Shown piece by piece: positions 62,254 through 64,000 of a stretch of DNA of 64,000 bases. The translations under genes were made by a program, and so were the position numbers. This DNA comes from Malacoraja senta. Taxonomy: Eukaryota. Each line of letters opens with the position of its first letter. Positions within the stretch are counted from its first letter, which is position 1. Location of the stretch: NCBI GenBank assembly GCA_038087875.1, contig CM075988.1:5642001-5706000 (forward strand). The letters run 5' to 3'. The notes under the pieces are model-generated. The model had not been told where the DNA came from. It saw only the letters and a list, made by a program, of their open reading frames with translations, and made no database searches.

Positions 62254-63169
62254 AGGTCAGCCATGATTGAATGGTGGAATAGACTTGGAGGGCCTAATGG
62301 CCTGATTCTGCTCCTATGACCTTATGAACGGATGCTGGGCTCAGCTGGTGCTCCCTCTCCACACGGAGGCAAGGGGGCCTTTGACGTGGCTGCTACTTTG
62401 GAGGTCACTGCAGTGAAGCCACCATGTTTCCATGGCGTGATCAGAGGCCAGGCTGGATTTTGTAGAGATACAGCATGGAAGCAGGCCCTTCGGCCCACCC
62501 AGTTAATACTGACTATCGAATACCTGTTCACACCGGTGTGATGTTATCCCACATTCACATACACTCCCTACACACTAGGGACAATTCACAGAGGGCCAAT
62601 TAACCTACAAACCCACACGTCTTTGGGATGTGGGAGCAAACCGGAGAACCCGGAAGAAACACACGCAGACAGTGGGAGAATGTGCAAACTCCACACAGAC
62701 AGCACCCGAGGTCAGGAATGAACAAAGCCGGGTCTCTGGCGCTGTGAGGCAGCAGCTCTACCCGCTGCACCACTGTGCCCGCTGGCTTCTGTAAATTGTC
62801 CCTAGTGTGTAGGATAGAGTTAGTGTACGGGATGATCGCTGTCCGGTGCAGCCTGGTGGGCTGAAGGGCCTGTTTCCGTGCTGTTTCTGTATTTCTAAAG
62901 CAGGTTGAAGAGCTGATAACCTGGTCATTTTCATTCAGAGCCAGCACAGAACTGGAAGAAGAACCATGGGCGGAATCAGCAGCTGGGATGTTGATTGGGC
63001 CCACTATAGAGTGACTGACAAGGAAGAAGTGGTATCATTCAGTTTAACATCACTCCATCATCTTGGTCGACATTAAAGCAAACTTTGGGAGTGTAGTTTG
63101 AAGATACCCAGTGTGGCAGGGGAGGCTGGAGATGCTTGTAGATTCTCAGCATGTCATGAGGTCTCCAAG

Positions 63170-63477
63170 CTTAGTTTCGAGAAACAGCATGGAAACAGGC
63201 CCTTCGGCCCACCGAGTCTATACCGACCATCGATCACACCAGTTCTATGTCATCCCACTTTCTCATCAACTCCCTGCACACTGGGGGCAATTTACAGAGG
63301 GCAATTAACTTACAAACCCGCATGTCGATGGGATGTGGGAGGAAACCGGAGCGCCCGGAGAAAACCCATGCGGTCACAAGGAGAGCATGCAAACTCCACA
63401 CAGACAGCGCCTGAGGTCAGGATCGAACCCGGCGCTGTGAGGCAGCAGCTCTACCAGCTGTGCCTCTGTGCCGCCCT
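63170..63477 (-). mobile_element. HE1/V-SINE-type SINE, diverged
   Basis: Core and box motifs recognisable. Confidence 0.75.
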
Positions 63478-64000
63478 GATTATGAGAAGCCTGGCTTCTA
63501 GTGGCCGCCCATAGCCGGGGTCTACTTCAAGGGGAGGTCGAAGGTGAAGACCAGGGGAGAAGGAAGATGGTGCCACTGTTCCCAACAGAGGCTTCCTGTG
63601 TCCGAGGGAGGAACTTTGGAGAACAAGAAACTCCTCACTTTTTGAAATTGGCAAATAGTGTCAACCATATCAAATGCCATCAGTCTGAAGAAGGGTCCCG
63701 ACCTGAAATGTCACCCATCCTTTATCTCCAGACACACTTTGTGTCTATCTTCATGTTAAATTAGTATCTGCTGTTCCTTCCTAGATGGGTGTCAGAGGTT
63801 ATGGAGAGAAGGCAGGAGAATGGGGTTAGGAGGGAGGGAGAGATAGATCAGCCATGATTGAATGGCGGAGTAGACTTGATGGGCCGAATGGCCTAATTCT
63901 GCTCCTATCACTTATGAACTTCTGATCTTAGACAACATCATATCAATGAATGTTTAAAACTGGAAATAAGCTGTTTTTTATTGATGGTCATGCTGCTACA

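Overview
Vertebrate, repeat-dense, essentially non-coding window. The repeat set (HE1/V-SINE-type tRNA SINEs, HER1/CR1 LINEs, Penelope, Rex1/Babar, L1, Tx1, L2, RTE, Gypsy, hAT and Harbinger MITEs) points to a cartilaginous fish, probably a skate or ray (inference). The only host coding sequence I recognise is an 18-nt exon on the minus strand at 350-367: ATG GAC GGC ACG ATT ACG|gtaagg = MDGTIT, which matches the first coding exon of FLI1 (MDGTIK). It lies in a CpG-rich promoter region. The remaining ~63 kb is upstream intergenic DNA, which in other vertebrates is the FLI1-ETS1 interval. The most notable system is a family of about 20 short Penelope-derived elements carrying a minimal hammerhead-ribozyme motif (CTGAnGA-A-GGGT[loop]ACCC-GAAAC-GTC). 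They occur as ~100-nt solo units or fold-back inverted pairs with their own target-site duplications (TSDs), and a coding Penelope fragment (RT C-terminus plus GIY-YIG) carries the same 3' module. Also present: a full-length Mag-like Gypsy element with identical LTRs, a young L1 nested in a SINE, a duplicated pair of same-orientation CTCF-like sites, an inverted ~0.7-kb duplication, and several ETS/GATA/RUNX-rich unique islands that are candidate enhancers. All calls were made by eye, with no database searches; boundaries of degenerate repeats are approximate.
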